From contig JANJGN010000151.1 of assembly GCA_026770705.1 (NCBI GenBank), forward strand, positions 496,001 to 560,000: a stretch of DNA of 64,000 bases. Reading direction: 5' to 3'. Shown piece by piece: positions 26,512 through 39,335 of this stretch (position 1 is its first letter; each line of letters begins with the position of its first letter). The stretch comes from Isurus oxyrinchus (taxonomy: Eukaryota). Below the pieces are notes generated by a model, which had not been told where the DNA came from, did not search any database, and was given only the letters and a program-made list of their open reading frames with translations. Made by a program: the position numbers and the translations under genes.

Positions 26512-27005
26512 GGCTCTCTGGCGCAGAAATATACCGCGCTGTCAGAGATCAGGGCATTGCAGATCATTAGCTCGGTAATCTTGGCTGTTTTATTTAACAT
26601 AGCTGAAAAACGATCGGTGATGTCGGTGTGTCTGTATTGTTTCCCTCCCCGAATGTGAAGCATGTACTGTGGAGGCTGCCTGCGGCGCTGACTGTACCAG
26701 TACACAGAAGGGTTAGAATCGCTTGTTTTCAAGGTGCAAGTTAGTGTGACATTACTTTAATCTTCCGCCGTTATTTCAGCAACCGGTTGTTCCACTGTCT
26801 CTGGGTGGCTCCATTCTAACATAAAACAATAGCAATAACAACAATCAGCATCAGCCTCATATAAGTAAACATAATCGTCATCAACATCACCATTTTCTTA
26901 CTAAAAACAACATCTGGGTTACAGCATCAGGAAGAGAATGGAGTTTTACTGGGAAGGAAATACTTACTGAGAAGTGATGAGGAGCGGAGCGAGACTGTTC
27001 CCCAT
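26512..27005 (-). pseudogene. TRAV/DV-like pseudogene, family B
   Basis: Leader 26968-27005 is frameshifted. V exon 26815-26512 has an in-frame TAA in FR1, VYWYSQ and VYFCARE. RSS CATACTG-21-TCAAAAACC at 26475-26511. Confidence 0.9.
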
Positions 27006-27459
27006 GGAACTTCCTGAGTCTGCAACTTTGCAATGCAGGAAATTCTCTGCCGGAGCAGAAATACAGATCCCTGTCCCACTGCACTGCTGACCCAACCAAT
27101 GGCAGGGATGGACCAGCGGCAGCAATCACTCCAATGCACAATCGGATCAGAGCAACAGCAGAAAATGGAAACTGTGGGCGCAGACTGAATTTTGAATGAA
27201 GTGTGCAGTGACTCTCAGCTGCACCTGGTACTGCTGGAACGGAAATAGCGACGGTTGAATCTGCAGAATTCTCTAACCATCCTGCACCTGCTCACTGTTC
27301 AACTGACTGAAACCAAATAAGGTGTTTAGAATCTTAGAAGAAGGACTGAGTCACGTCTAGACTTCATGGAAAGAGTTATACAATTCATCTTTCGTCTCCG
27401 CATTTTCCACATAGCCGGATATTCTGCAGTGGTTCCAGCTCTGAACAAATGGCAGTGAA

Positions 27460-29996
27460 ATAAGAACATAAAACATAACATAAGAATATAAGAACGAGCA
27501 GCAGGTGTAGGCGATTCAGTCCCTCGAACCTGCCCAGCTATTCAATACGATCATGGCTGATTTCATTTCGGCCTCAACTGCAATATCCCATCCTCTCCCC
27601 ATAACCATAACCCATTACTAATTAAAAATCTGTCTATCTCCTCCTTCAATTTATTCAACGTCCTGGCATACATTGCACTCTGAGGTAGTGAATTCCACAG
27701 ATTCACGGCCCTTTGAGAAAAGTAATTGCTCCTCATTTATGATTTAAATCTGCCACCCCTTAGCCTAAAACTATGGCCTCTCGTTCTAGAATGCCCCACA
27801 AGTGAAAACATCCGCTCCACGTCTACTTCATCTATTCCCTTTAGCATCTTCTATACCTCAATTAGATCTCCTCTCACCCTTCTAAACTCGAGCGAATATC
27901 GGCCTAAACCGTTTAATCTCTCCTCATAAGACAAGCCCCGCATCTCTGGAACCAATCTAGTAAACCTGCTCTGAACTGCCTTCAATGCAATTACATCCTT
28001 CCTCAAGTAAGGGTACCATAACTGTGCACAGTACTCCAGGTAAGGTCTCACCAATACCTTGAACAATTGCAACAACACTTTCCTATTTTTATCCTCTATT
28101 CCTTTTGCAATAAATGCCAAAATTCCATTTTTCTTCCTTCTTACCTGCTGTACGTGCATACTAACTTTCAGCGATTCATGCACGAGGACACCCGGATCCC
28201 TCTGCACTGAAGCATTCTCAAGTTTCTCTCCATTTAAATAATAAGTTGCCTTTTTATTCTTCCAACCAAAATTGATAACCTCATCTGTGATAAACTCCAT
28301 CTGCCAAATTTTGGCCCGTTCACCTAAGCTGCCCATATCCATTTGTAAATTTCTCACTTCTTCATTGCAACTTACTTTCCTACCTATTTTGGTGTCATAT
28401 GAAAATTTAGCTACAGTGCCTTCTATCCCTAAATCCAAGTCATTAATTTAGATTGTAGATAGTTGGGGCCCAATGACCGAACCTTTTGGCACCCCACTAG
28501 TTACAGCTTGCCATCTAGAAAAAGAGCCATTTATCCAGAACCTCTGCTTTCTGTTGGTTAGCCAATCCTCTATCCAAACTAATATATAACCCCTAACTCC
28601 TTGTGATCTTACCTTGTTTATTAATCTTATGTGTGACACCTTATCAAATGCCTTCTGGAAGTCCAGATATACTACAAACACAGGATCCCCATTATCCACT
28701 TTGCTTGTCATATCTTCAAAGAACTCTAGAAAATTAGTCAAACACGAGTTACTCTTCATAAAGCCATGCTGACGCTGATGGATTGCATTTTGACTTTCTA
28801 AATGCCCCATTACTATTTCCTTAATAATGGATTCCAACAATTTCCCAAAGACAGACTTTAAACTAACTGGTCTGTAGTTTCCTACTTTCTACCTCCCCAC
28901 TTTTTGAATAAGGGAGTTATATTAGCATTTTTCCAATCCATTGGATCCAGAAAATTTTGGAATATTATAGCCAATGCATCCAATATCTCTGCTGCCACTT
29001 CCTTCAAGGCCCTGGGATGTAAGCCATCTGGTCCTGGGGGCTTGTCACCCTTTAATCCCAATAGTTTGTTCAGTTCATTTTCTCTAGTGATGGTGATTGT
29101 TCTACGTTCCTCCTCTATACCTTCTGCACTACCTGTTACTATTCGGGTGGCACTAGTCTCCTTCACTGTGAAAATTGGGGCAAAATATTGATTAAGCGTC
29201 TCTGCCATTTCTGCATTCCCCACTATTAACTCCCCAGTCTCATCCTCTAAAGTGCTAACATTCGCTTTATCTACTCTATTTCCTTTTATATACTTGTAGA
29301 AGCTTTTGCTCTCAGTCTTTACATTTTGTGCTAGTTTTCTTTCATAATTTACCTTTTTTCTTTTTATTATTTTTTCAGTAACCCTTTGTTGATCTTTAAA
29401 CGTTTCCCAATCCTCCAGCCTGCCATTGAACTATGCAATTTGGTATGCCTTAGTTTTTGCCTTTAACTTCCTTGCTTAGCTGTGTATGCTCCCCGCCCCC
29501 TACCTCTTACCGTCTTTCTTCCTCTTTGAAATACATTTTCCTTGGGAGGAATTGAATACCTCCTTAATTATCTGCCACGGTTCATCAACTGTCGTAATTT
29601 GTCGTCTTCCTGCCCAGTCTACCAGGGCCAAATGTGCCCTCACGCCTATGTAGTTACCTTTGTTCAACTCCAGAACACTAATGTGGGACTCAAGTTTCTC
29701 GCTCTCAAACTGAACCTGAAATTCTAGCATGCTATGGTCGCTCTTCCCTAGAAGATCCTTTACTATGCATCATTAATTAATCCCATGTCATTCCACAAAA
29801 CCAAATCCAGTATAGCCTGCTTCCTCTTTGGTTCCACAGCATATTGCTCCAAGAAACAATCTGTCATATACTCCTTGAACTCTCCCTCGAGGCTCCCTTG
29901 CCAATTTCATTAGTCCGGTCAATCTGCATATTACAATCACCCATCATTATTGCCGTGCCTTTCTTACGTGCTTCCAGTATTTCCTGGTTTATACTG
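27460..29996 (-). mobile_element. CR1 LINE, ~2.5 kb 3' portion of ORF2 (RT), degenerate
   Basis: ORFs 27851-29223 with PGPDGLHP, QHGF, YLDFQKAFD, GVPKGSVIGP and KFSYDTK; ATAAGAAC tail. Confidence 0.95.
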
Positions 29997-30460
29997 TAAT
30001 AAGTGAATATAATATTTCCCTCTTTTTTGCTCACAAAATGATGGTCTTGGATTTTCGAATTTTCTGCTAATGGAAACAATTATACACAATATACCACATC
30101 AAATTTCTTATCTTTTTCAATATTTCGATTAAATGTCTCCTTTGATAATTTGACAGAAGAAGACTAATAACTGCTTCTCTAGCCTGCTTATATTGAGGAC
30201 ATCTCCCCTGGTACATCCCAATCTACTTTCTGCAACACCTTGACATTCATGTAAATGGTATTTCCTTGGTGGCTAAAGAGTGGTTTACAAAGAATTATCA
30301 TTGCTTTCCGCCATAAACATCAAGAAAAATAAAGACCGAGTCTGATTAGATCCAATTTAGATTTCTAAGAGAACATATCTGACATTGCTGTTTTGATATG
30401 TGAATCAATGAACGCGAAATCCACTCGATGGTCGAACTTCTAGAACGGATTGAACATAAT

Positions 30461-30540
30461 CCGCCAGCAGAGGGCGCCAAACCCAAGCATGCTAATTAGA
30501 ATGTCACGTGTCATCAAAGCTAAAGCCAATAAAGATGGTA
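30461..30540 (+). promoter_or_regulatory. Family D V promoter: CTCF motif, ATGCTAAT octamer-like site, CACGTG, CCAAT
   Basis: CCGCCAGCAGAGGGCGCCA at 30461-30479. The paralogous promoter at 60550-60625 has CCAGCAGATGGCGCC. Confidence 0.65.
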
Positions 30541-30554
30541 CCCTGAGTAAGGTC

Positions 30555-30827
30555 TGTCAGAGTGAGAGGTCGCCCATTTAAAACAGGGATGAAGAGGAAT
30601 TTCTTCCCTCAGTGATGGTGAATCTGTTTATCCCAGAGGACTGCAGAGGCAGGGCCGTTAAATATATCCAAGGCCGAGGACAGATTTTTAATCAGTAGGA
30701 GAATCAAGGGTTATGGGGAAAAGGCAGGAAACTGGAGTTGCATATTATGAGATCAGCCATGCTCTCGTTGAATGGCGGAGCAGATTGGTGGACTGAATGG
30801 CCTATTTCTGCACTTATAGTCTTATGG
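30555..30827 (+). mobile_element. CR1 3' fragment inserted in a V promoter
   Basis: Absent from the paralogous promoter at 60490-60560; CR1 3'-UTR sequence. Confidence 0.75.
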
Positions 30828-30954
30828 CAACAGTGGGCCTGGCCCCCTGCAGTGTGGGGGTGGAACAATGAGATGAACAGAGCCCGGGTTCGCTCTCTCC
30901 TTCTCAATCTCTGGAACTTTCCATTCACATTCACTGAGAGAGTTTCACTCAGTC

Positions 30955-31412
30955 ATGTTTCTGATAATACTGGCGGCTCTGTTGGACAGTAATTGCTGGA
31001 TTATGTTTATCAATATAGATTAGCAGGTTGGTCCAAAGAGCTTGTACTAGGAATTAATGTAGGTAATCATAGTTTGGTAACTTGGAATTTACTAATACTC
31101 ATAGAGTTCGATTGAGTCTCTTTAAATTTCTGCTCTTTTCTTCATCTATTTTCACAGGCGGACTATGTGCAGATCCACGTAATCACCGGTGACATGAACT
31201 GCGCCGGAAGGGAACTCGGTGCAGTTAGATTGTATATATACAGTATGCAATGGTATCGGCAGAAACCGGCACAACCTGTAAGTTGGGTAATCAGCAAACT
31301 AATAGGACTGAAAATAGTTGAAATCTCAGGACGATAACTGACGGCTGCTGACGCATCTAAGAAGTCCGGTTATCTCAAAATAAGTGGCCTGAGTGCGGAG
31401 AGTGCTCTGAGG
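30955..31412 (+). pseudogene. TRAV/DV-like pseudogene, family D
   Basis: Leader MFLIILAALLD 30955-30988. V exon from 31158 has MQWYRQKP, frameshifts, a stop and a deleted YYC. RSS CCCAGTG-23-ACAGAAAAC at 31413-31451. Confidence 0.85.
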
Positions 31413-31509
31413 CCCAGTGTCAGTTAAAAGCCGAAAACCCGTACAGAAAACTCAGCGAGTATTCACTACTCAGCTAAGTGTTTTTAATGTCTATCTGCGA
31501 CTTTAGTTT

Positions 31510-31932
31510 GCTCCCGAGCTCACAGAGAACAAGAGCTGACAGGTTTATTTTGAAACATTTGTATTGTTGTATTCGGCCTTGTCCAAATCAGCAGAGAGCC
31601 GGCCTGGGAAATTTTGAGACTCGACTCCATGGCCCGAGTTATAGCTCTTCAGTAAATGTCTCGGAGCTTACCCGAACATTTGATGTACCAACAGATGTAG
31701 AGAAAGCTCACAGGCATGGAATAACTATAGCTGATCATTACAGTCTGTTCTCCCACACAATTAACTCAACGGGATCTTGGGACACTTGGTTGACACCACT
31801 CGCTACTGTAACAAAACAAAGAAGGTGTCAAAGTCTGGAATTGAATTTAACACATGAAATAGACAATGACGCTTTAAATATAGAATTAACAAACAGCATG
31901 ACCGTTATCAGAAAGGGCCGTAGAGAGTACAT
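31510..31932 (-). pseudogene. Decayed TRAV/DV-like pseudogene related to family A
   Basis: Leader MYSLRPFLITVMLF, V exon from 31805 (QVSQDPVEL...CWYIK...FPGRLSADLDK) with multiple frameshifts. Confidence 0.75.
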
Positions 31933-31974
31933 AGTGTCTGGTGTAGACTTCGACAGACAGTAACTGAATTTTAA

Positions 31975-33120
31975 ACGGCTTTTCAAGTGAGGAAGTGAGG
32001 TGATCGTGACTACCGTTGATATCAAGGCCACATTTGATGGATTGTGACTTCAAGGAGCCCTAGCAAAACTGGAGTCAATGGGAATCAGGAGAAAATTCTC
32101 CGCTGGTTGGAGTCATACTTAACACAAAGGAGGATGGTTGTGGTTGTTGCAGGTCAGTCATCTCAGCTACAGGAGTTCCTCAGGGTAGTGTCCTAGGTCC
32201 AACCATCTTTAGCTGCTTCATCAATGAACTTCCTTCCATCATAAAGTCAGAAGTGGAGATGTACGCTGATGATTGCAAAATGTTCAGCAATTCGTGACTC
32301 CTCAGATACTGAAGGAGTCCATGTCCAAATGCAACAAGGCCTGGATAATATCCAGGCTTGGGCTGAAAAGTGGCAAGTAACATTCACACCACACAAGTGA
32401 CAAGCAATGACCATCTCCAACAAGGGAGAATCGCCTTTGATGTTCAACGGTATCACCACCGCTGAATCCCGCACTAGGCACACCCTGGGGGCTACTATTG
32501 ACCAGGAACTGAACTGGACTAGCCATATAAATACTGGCTACAAAAGCAGTTCAGAGGCTAGTAATCCTGTGGCAAATAACTCACCTCCTGACACACCAAT
32601 ACCTGTCCACTATCTGCAAGGATCGAGTGAGGAGTGTGATGGAATAGTCCCCACTTGCATGGATGAGTGGAGCTCCAACAACACCCAGGAAACTTGACAC
32701 CATCCAGGACAAAGCAGCCCACTTGATTGGCACCACATCCACAAACATTGAATCCCTCCACTACGTGGCACAGTAGCAGCAGTGTGTACTATCTACGAAA
32801 TGCACTGCAGGAACTCATCAAGGCGCCTTAGACAGCATCTTCCAAACCCACGACGACTACCACCTAGAAGGACAAGGACAACAGATAGATGGGAACACCA
32901 CCGCCTGGAATTTCCCCTCCAAGTCACACACCAACTTGACTTTGAAATATATCGCCTTTACTTCACTATCGCTGTGTCAAAATCCTGGAACTCCTTTCCT
33001 AGCAGCAGCACGAGTGCACCTTCACCACAGGGACTGCAACAGTTCGAGAAGGCAGCACACCACCACATTCTCAACGGTTATTAGGGACAGGCAATAAATT
33101 CTGGCCCAGCAGGCATCCTG
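31975..33120 (+). mobile_element. CR1/L2-group LINE 3' fragment (RT)
   Basis: [10 protein letters not shown] and MYADDC remnants. 3' end is shared with 54600-54963 and with the SINE tails. Confidence 0.85.
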
Positions 33121-33229
33121 TAAAATTGCAATTCAGCATCGTACAAGATAATACAATATAGCAAAGTCCAGCAGAAGATAACGGATCTGATGAGTGAAAT
33201 ATTGCTGTCAGAAATAGAGATCACCTCAT

Positions 33230-33287
33230 GCGTTGGAAAGAGTAAGATATCCAGGAATGTAATCACTAAAGTGAAGCTCAGAGTCAT
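33230..33287 (-). pseudogene. Orphan family C leader exon
   Basis: MTLSFTLVITFLDILLFPT, paralogous to 24134-24191, donor GT>AT; V exon missing beyond the adjacent LINE. Confidence 0.75.
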
Positions 33288-33530
33288 GCGTCGGCTGTTA
33301 TCGACTTGTATTTACAGGGACAGTCTTACATCTGTTTTCAGGCAATTGGTGAATCAGAAGATTCAAATCAAGAGAGGGACCTGGCGAAGGCATCGCTGTT
33401 GTGTAATCAAACTGAACCCAACATCAATTACACTTTGTCTGGAGGACTCGGGTCTCTAGGACTTGTCATCACAAAGTGAAGCTTTGAGGGAGCTTCAGCA
33501 TTTATGGAGTGTGGGGGAGAGGGGTGCTCA

Positions 33531-33645
33531 TGCGTCAGAGTAACCGCCAGTGTGACGTAATTCTGCGGCCTGCGTGACGTAGGTCTGTCTGTGTAACATC
33601 ACCTTGTAAACTTTGTGACGTCATCCGACAGACTATGTGACGTCA
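33531..33645 (-). promoter_or_regulatory. Phased CRE array (family C promoter)
   Basis: TGCGTCA 33531, TGACGTAA 33553, TGACGTAG 33575, TAACATCA 33594, TGACGTCA 33616, TGACGTCA 33638. Confidence 0.6.
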
Positions 33646-34169
33646 GGCTGTCTGGTTTGTGGAACAGAAACATTTTTCCTCGGAGCTGATCTGAATATCG
33701 AATCCTGAGTTTAAGGGAAATAAAACAGGAAACAGGAACAGGAAAGGCGGTTTAACCTGTAGATTCATTTGGTGGTCGATCTGTCGGTAGGGCTGGAATC
33801 TGCAGTTTGTTTTCTCGGCCGCTGTTGGAAACAGTTGGGTGACAGTTTGATCCGAAATGAATGTGGTTTCCTCTCGGTTTGTGTTTGAGCAGCTGACAGC
33901 GCCGCTGAACCTTGTGGCTGCACCTGCTCGAGATTCGATGCAAGCCCCATCAGACAGGATCTGCCAGACACAGCCCAAAGTACCCGGATGAGACTGATTT
34001 TCATCGTAAACTCCGGCTGCGAGTCCTCCTTCGGACCAACTCGTCAAAGTTAACTTTCTCCGCTCAGGGAGAGAGATGTGACTGCCTGAAAGGTGCTGTT
34101 GCTATTTTCTTGCCTCAGCAATTGCCTCAAAACAGGTGTAAGACTGTCCCTGTAAATACAGCCAGATCG

Positions 34170-34621
34170 GGGCCAGCCAGTAACAGAATAAAACACAGTT
34201 CACCCCATGTAGTGTCATAAATGATACTTAAAGCAGCCACTTCTCTTTCGTCGAAGCAAGTGAGGACAGTAGCTGAATGAAAACATCTCCATGACTCAGA
34301 TCTGAAATGCATGTGCCAACAGGAAATTACTGACTGGAGGGTGTACAAAATTCGGATTGAAATCTTGATTCGGAAATGAGACGAAATGTGTTTGTTCCAC
34401 AATTACTTGCCATAATTATCTCTCCTCCCCCCCGCCGCACCCTCCCCCCACCCCCTCCGCCCCCAACCTCCCCCTCACCCCCTCCCAACAACCATTTCAA
34501 CCTAGATGCTGGGTGGCTGCATTGTCGCTGCCCACTCTGTAAAACGTAAATTGTGATTAGAAGGAACTTGTTGTAATCTTCACCATCAAGTATCTTCTGA
34601 TGTTTCTCAATATCATCTCAC
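34170..34621 (-). pseudogene. Truncated family E V pseudogene
   Basis: Inverted paralog of 22943-23310: UTR intron 34537-34621, ATG at 34522, leader disrupted by G-runs, V exon from 34301. Confidence 0.65.
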
Positions 34622-35260
34622 CTCACTTCCTTGTGTATCCAGTGATGCTTTAAGGTTTGTAGTTGGGAACACGCTGGCAGCGAATGGAAACAACCCGAGC
34701 TGAGCTATAGTCAATGTCCTTTCAAGAGGAATGGTTACATGGTTAGGGACAGGGATGGGACTGGACCCGCTGGTCTAGTTATTACAATTCAGAAGCACTG
34801 GTTTGTTAATGGCGTCAGGAAAGGTTTGACACTCGAAAGGAGAATGAACATTGCGGGAACTCTGTCCTCGGGGCTTGTTTTAAAGAGTGATAACACAAAC
34901 TGATAAAGTGTCTTCGTTTTCTATAAACTGTTTTTGAACCAGCAAAATACTCTGGTCAAATAAACACCACGTACAGGCTTTGACAAAAGGGGCCTTGAAG
35001 GAGAGAGTGGAGAAGGGGAAAGGGCTGCATAAGAGTTCAGGCAGGCAATGAAAGATCATCAAAAGACTAAATGTGAGTTAGTGCAATACAAATTTATTTG
35101 TGGAATTAAATTTTACTACAGTTGCAAGTTAAAATCAGCTAATATAATTCCTCAGTTGCTGCTCACCCGTTCTTCAGCGTTGTGTGTTTGTTTTGATATT
35201 TTATGGAAGACTCTGTGACCCTCACAGGCTGAGTTATTGCTTCAGTTTAGCGGTGTGAGA

Positions 35261-35273
35261 GCGCCCTCCGCTG
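35261..35273 (-). promoter_or_regulatory. CTCF-like motif downstream of RSS
   Basis: CAGCGGAGGGCGC, 24 bp beyond the nonamer. Confidence 0.6.
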
Positions 35274-35297
35274 AGCATTAATGGGAAATCCCAGTGG

Positions 35298-35337
35298 AGT
35301 TTTTGTACGGCATCCCCTATATCTTTGCAGCAGTGAG
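35298..35337 (-). other. V RSS (CACTGCT-22-ACAAAAACT, or CTCACTG-24)
   Basis: Nonamer at 35298-35306; heptamer register is ambiguous. Confidence 0.75.
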
Positions 35338-35771
35338 AGTTCCAAGGCACAGAAATACACGGCGCCGTCGGATAGAAGAGCCCCGGTGATATTTAAATGA
35401 ACCGTTTTGTTTCCTTTGTGCAAAACAGCAGAGAACCTGTCTGGGAAATCTGGAGACTTATGTACATTCCCTGAGCTATATATCTTCATTAAATATGTCG
35501 GAGCTTCCCCGGGATACTGGATGTACCAGAACAGGGTTGGGGCAGCAGCCGTCGAATAATTACAATCCAGTTTTATGCTCTGTCCTTCCAGGACCTTTAA
35601 TTCAGGGGAATCCTGGGACACTGAATCTTGACCATTTATTCCTGCAACAAAACACAGAATGTATCAAACATCTGGGAGTGAAGATGACACAAGTAACGGA
35701 CACGACCATTTAAACATTGACTCACCAGGTAGCATGATCATTATTAGCAGCAAAGAACATGGGGAGCACAT
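35338..35771 (-). CDS. TRAV: Intact TRAV/DV-like segment, family A (leader 35771-35726 + V exon 35641-~35338)
   Basis: Leader MCSPCSLLLIMIMLP, phase-1 GT-AG intron, open V exon QDSVSQ...LDCNYS...LFWYIQYPGEAP...DRFSA...DGAVYFCALE. Confidence 0.88.
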
Positions 35772-37139
35772 GGTGACAGGATTAGAGCTCGGAAGAAATA
35801 AGATAAGATTTGAGATATGTTGACACTTCCGTTCTGATATTAAAGAGGAAATTCAGCTCAGGGGCAGACTTCACCTACTGAGGAACTGAGGGGCGTTTCC
35901 CAGCGACAGGATTGGCTGGTCTCTCAGAACTGATGACAGTTGGGCACCAATTAGTGTTAGTTTGGGCCGATTATTTCTTCTGAGTTTCTCTTTCTCCCTG
36001 TCTTTCTCGGGTTTTCGAGATCTCCCTTGGTCTCAGGATCTCTCTGGCTCGCTTTGTCTTTCGGTCTCTGTGGCTGTAACTCCCCTCTGGCTGTTTCTGA
36101 CCCTCCGTCACACATGCTTTCTCTGCCTCTTTCTCTGTCACCCCATTTCCCTAATTTCAGAATGCAGAAAATCCAATTTTTCCCAGTCTCCCATTTCAAT
36201 AAGTTCAGAAAAGTCCTCAATCAACAGGAGCAGCTACAATAGATAAACTACTTAACCGCAGCTCGGAGGCAGCATTAAAATGGAAACAGTTAAGTTTACA
36301 TCCCAACTATGGCACGCGTCCTATTCTTTGTCTGTGTTGATATTTAAGACTCGGCATCCCATCGGGATCTCGGTTGTTTCATTTCGTTAAAGCAAGCTTC
36401 TTTTAACCAGCAATGGCCGAGGTATTAAAATAAACAAGGGAACCGCTAGGATTTAAAGTAAAGTTTAAATTAGCTCGCGTGTATAAGTTCACCTGCACTA
36501 AGATACATTACAATAATAAGAAGAACTCTAGAAATGCGACATAATCATGCAACAATATCATGCTCCAGTAATTGCAGTTCCCTGATCGTCTCTGTGCATT
36601 CACTGCAGCGGATATGGGCACAGTAACATGGTGATTATGAAACTGCTCTATTAATCTAGGAGGCCAAATGCCTCTCGGAAATTATCCTTTCCCTATCGCC
36701 TGCTATCTTATCTTATTTTTCTTTGACTTCCTGGAATTCCTGCCTCCCTTTCGAGCATTATTATTCTCACTATATCCCTTAGATTCCCTCGCTGTCTATG
36801 CCGGTTTCTCTCGTTTGGTCTCTCTTCGTTGCTCAATCTGTATTGTCTTCATATTTCTGCATCTGTTTCCTTCAATGTGTCTTCATCTATTTCCCTCCCT
36901 GTCTCCGTTCTCCCTCATTTCTCTCAGTGTCTCTCGGACTGTTTATCTCACTGATTTCTATCATTCCCTTTCCTCCTGTTTATCTCTCCGTATCTTCACC
37001 TGTTTTCCTCTCTTTGTCTCCATTTCTATCAGTCTCTCCCTCTGATTCACTCGCTATATTTTTAATTTTTTCTCTTCATTTCTCAGTTTGCATGTCTTCA
37101 TGTTGCTGCATCTGTTCCCTTCAGTGTATCTTCAACTTT

Positions 37140-37500
37140 TTTTACGCATTCGTGAGATGTGAGCGTCGCTGGCTGGGCCAGCATTTGTTGATCATCCTTA
37201 ATTGCCCTTATTCAGCGGGCATTTAAGAGCTGACCACATTGCTGCAGGTCTCGAGTCACATATGGGCCAGCCCAGGTAAGGACAGCAGATTTCCTTCCCT
37301 AAAGGGCATAGTGAACCAAATGGGTTTTTATGACAATCGGCAATGGTTTCATGGTCATCATTAGGCGTTTAATTCAAGGTTTTTTTTAATTGAATTCAAA
37401 TTGCATCATCTGCTATGGCGATCCCCAGAGCGTTACCGAGGGTAAACCTTGGCTCTCTGAATGACTCGTGCAGCGACAATGCCACTAGGCCATTGCCTCC
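37140..37500 (-). mobile_element. DeuSINE-like (SacSINE1-like) SINE
   Basis: Head and central domain are shared with 19622-19870 and 58432-58685; LINE-derived 3' tail. Confidence 0.7.
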
Positions 37501-38564
37501 CCCTAAATCTCCCTCTCTTTCTCATTTCTCTTAATGTCTCTCCCTCTGTTATCTCTCTCTGCTTATCTCCATCTCTCTCCTTCAATTGTATCGTTCTCTT
37601 CCCTCCTGTTTTTCTCTCTTTTTCTCCATCTGCGTTTACCTCTCTGCCCCTCACTCAGTCTCTCTCCCTCTATCTCCATCTGTGTTTTTGCCATTGTCTC
37701 ACCCACAGTTTTTGTTCCTCTCTGCCTCTCAATGCGCTTCTCCATCTGCCTGTCCCTCACAGACACGTTTGAAAAACAAATATTTAGCCGCCCAGGCGGC
37801 CCTCTGGTCCATCGTAATTATTTGATTCATTGAAGTTATCCAAGTGTTGTTTTTACATTCCATTCCCTGGGGAGTCTTCAGGATTAGATGCCTGTTACTG
37901 TTGTAGAAGAGGAAGTTAGTCGCCACAACAACAGGCCTCAGAAACTCTCCATTTTATATCAGGACATTTGTTTCCAAAACCAAATGCGGTGTCTAATCAT
38001 TTTCTGGGCCCGAATTAAATTAATCAGAAAAGGCAGCCTCAAACCAATTGATGTACTCAGTCCCCATCAGACATAATAGAGGTCCATCCTTGTATAAAAG
38101 CAAAACACTGTGGATGCTGGAGATCTGAAACAAAAACAGGAAGTGCTGGAAAGACACAGCAGTTCTAGCAGCATCTGTGGAGAGAGAAACAGAGTTAACG
38201 TTTCGAGTTCAATGTAACGCTTCTTTGGAACCCCGAGTTAGGGAGACAGTTGTATCTTTATTGATGAGGAAAAGTGAAAAACCTGGCTCCAGAGGGCATG
38301 TCAATGGAAAAAAATCCATCGGCGTCAGTTTGCTCCATTTCCCTCGCCAACGATATGAAAGATATTTACCATAAAAATATCTTCAATTGTAAATCTCAAT
38401 GACCCCAAATTAAACCAATTCTCCAGTAATATTCCTGATCCAACGTGTTCAAGAACCAGGAAAACGCAATGAATGGAATTACAGCTTCACGGTTTTGATT
38501 TTAGGTGAGGACTTTGCGGAGATTAGTGTTGCCAACAGAACATGTTTCTTCTCATTTGTATCAG

Positions 38565-39003
38565 CAGCTTTCGATGGAGAGACTGTGATCCACCAGTCAC
38601 AGCGGATCCTTACACAAGAAGGACAATCGAATGAAATGGAGTAAAATGTAATCACCAGAGGCTCTTGAGAGTATTCACTGGCATAGGATACGTCAGAAAA
38701 GTGCTCGAAATTTATCATTTCGACTGTTATCAGAAACATTACAGGCAAACTCTTCAACCTATTCATTTACCCAACAAGAAGTTATAACATTCCCGGTAAG
38801 GGCAGCACTGTTGCACGTGGCATTCAAGAGGGCATTAGATGATTATTTGAATGGAAATAATGTGTCGGAGGATGGGGAAAAGGCAGGGCAATGGCACCCT
38901 TCTGCTCTGCTGACCCAATGAATGGCAATGAGTAAATAATGGCAGCAATCTCTCCAGTATCACAGATATCACAGTGGGACTGGCACTCTGTATTACTGCT
39001 GCG
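38565..39003 (+). pseudogene. Heavily decayed V pseudogene interrupted by a CR1 fragment (38818-38905)
   Basis: Acceptor, then ETVIHQSQRILTQEGQS..., IHWHR, and TLYYC at 38985-38999, followed by a degenerate RSS. Confidence 0.6.
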
Positions 39004-39269
39004 ACAGAGGAACTCACTGCAGAGTTACCGACAAAGGCAACGAAAAGCGGAACTATCTCTTATTATTCCTGATAACTCTAACACTTCGCAGCAGGTGTGT
39101 CCTTCCGAATAAAACCCCCATTCTCCTGCTGATGGCACTAATCAAGTTATTGTCCTTTGTGAAATGATGGTGGTGTCGTTAGTGGAGGGTCAAACACATT
39201 TTTCTTTCCCTCATTTCCTACATGGTCCAAATGTGAATGTTAAATACCCGCCAGTTTGATCTTTCCTGT

Positions 39270-39335
39270 TGTTCTGAGTCATGGAGATTTTGTCACTCAA
39301 CCGCTGTCCTCAGGAGGATCAGAGGTATAGCAGCA
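39270..39335 (+). pseudogene. FR1 fragment of family E V
   Basis: LSHGDFVTQPLSS, homologous to the exon starts at 23186 and 34301. Confidence 0.45.

Noticed and set aside
36668-37833. Hydrophobic Ser/Leu/Phe-rich ORFs (also 41408-41884 and 47537-47908)
   Set aside because: CT/GA low-complexity sequence, not transmembrane exons.
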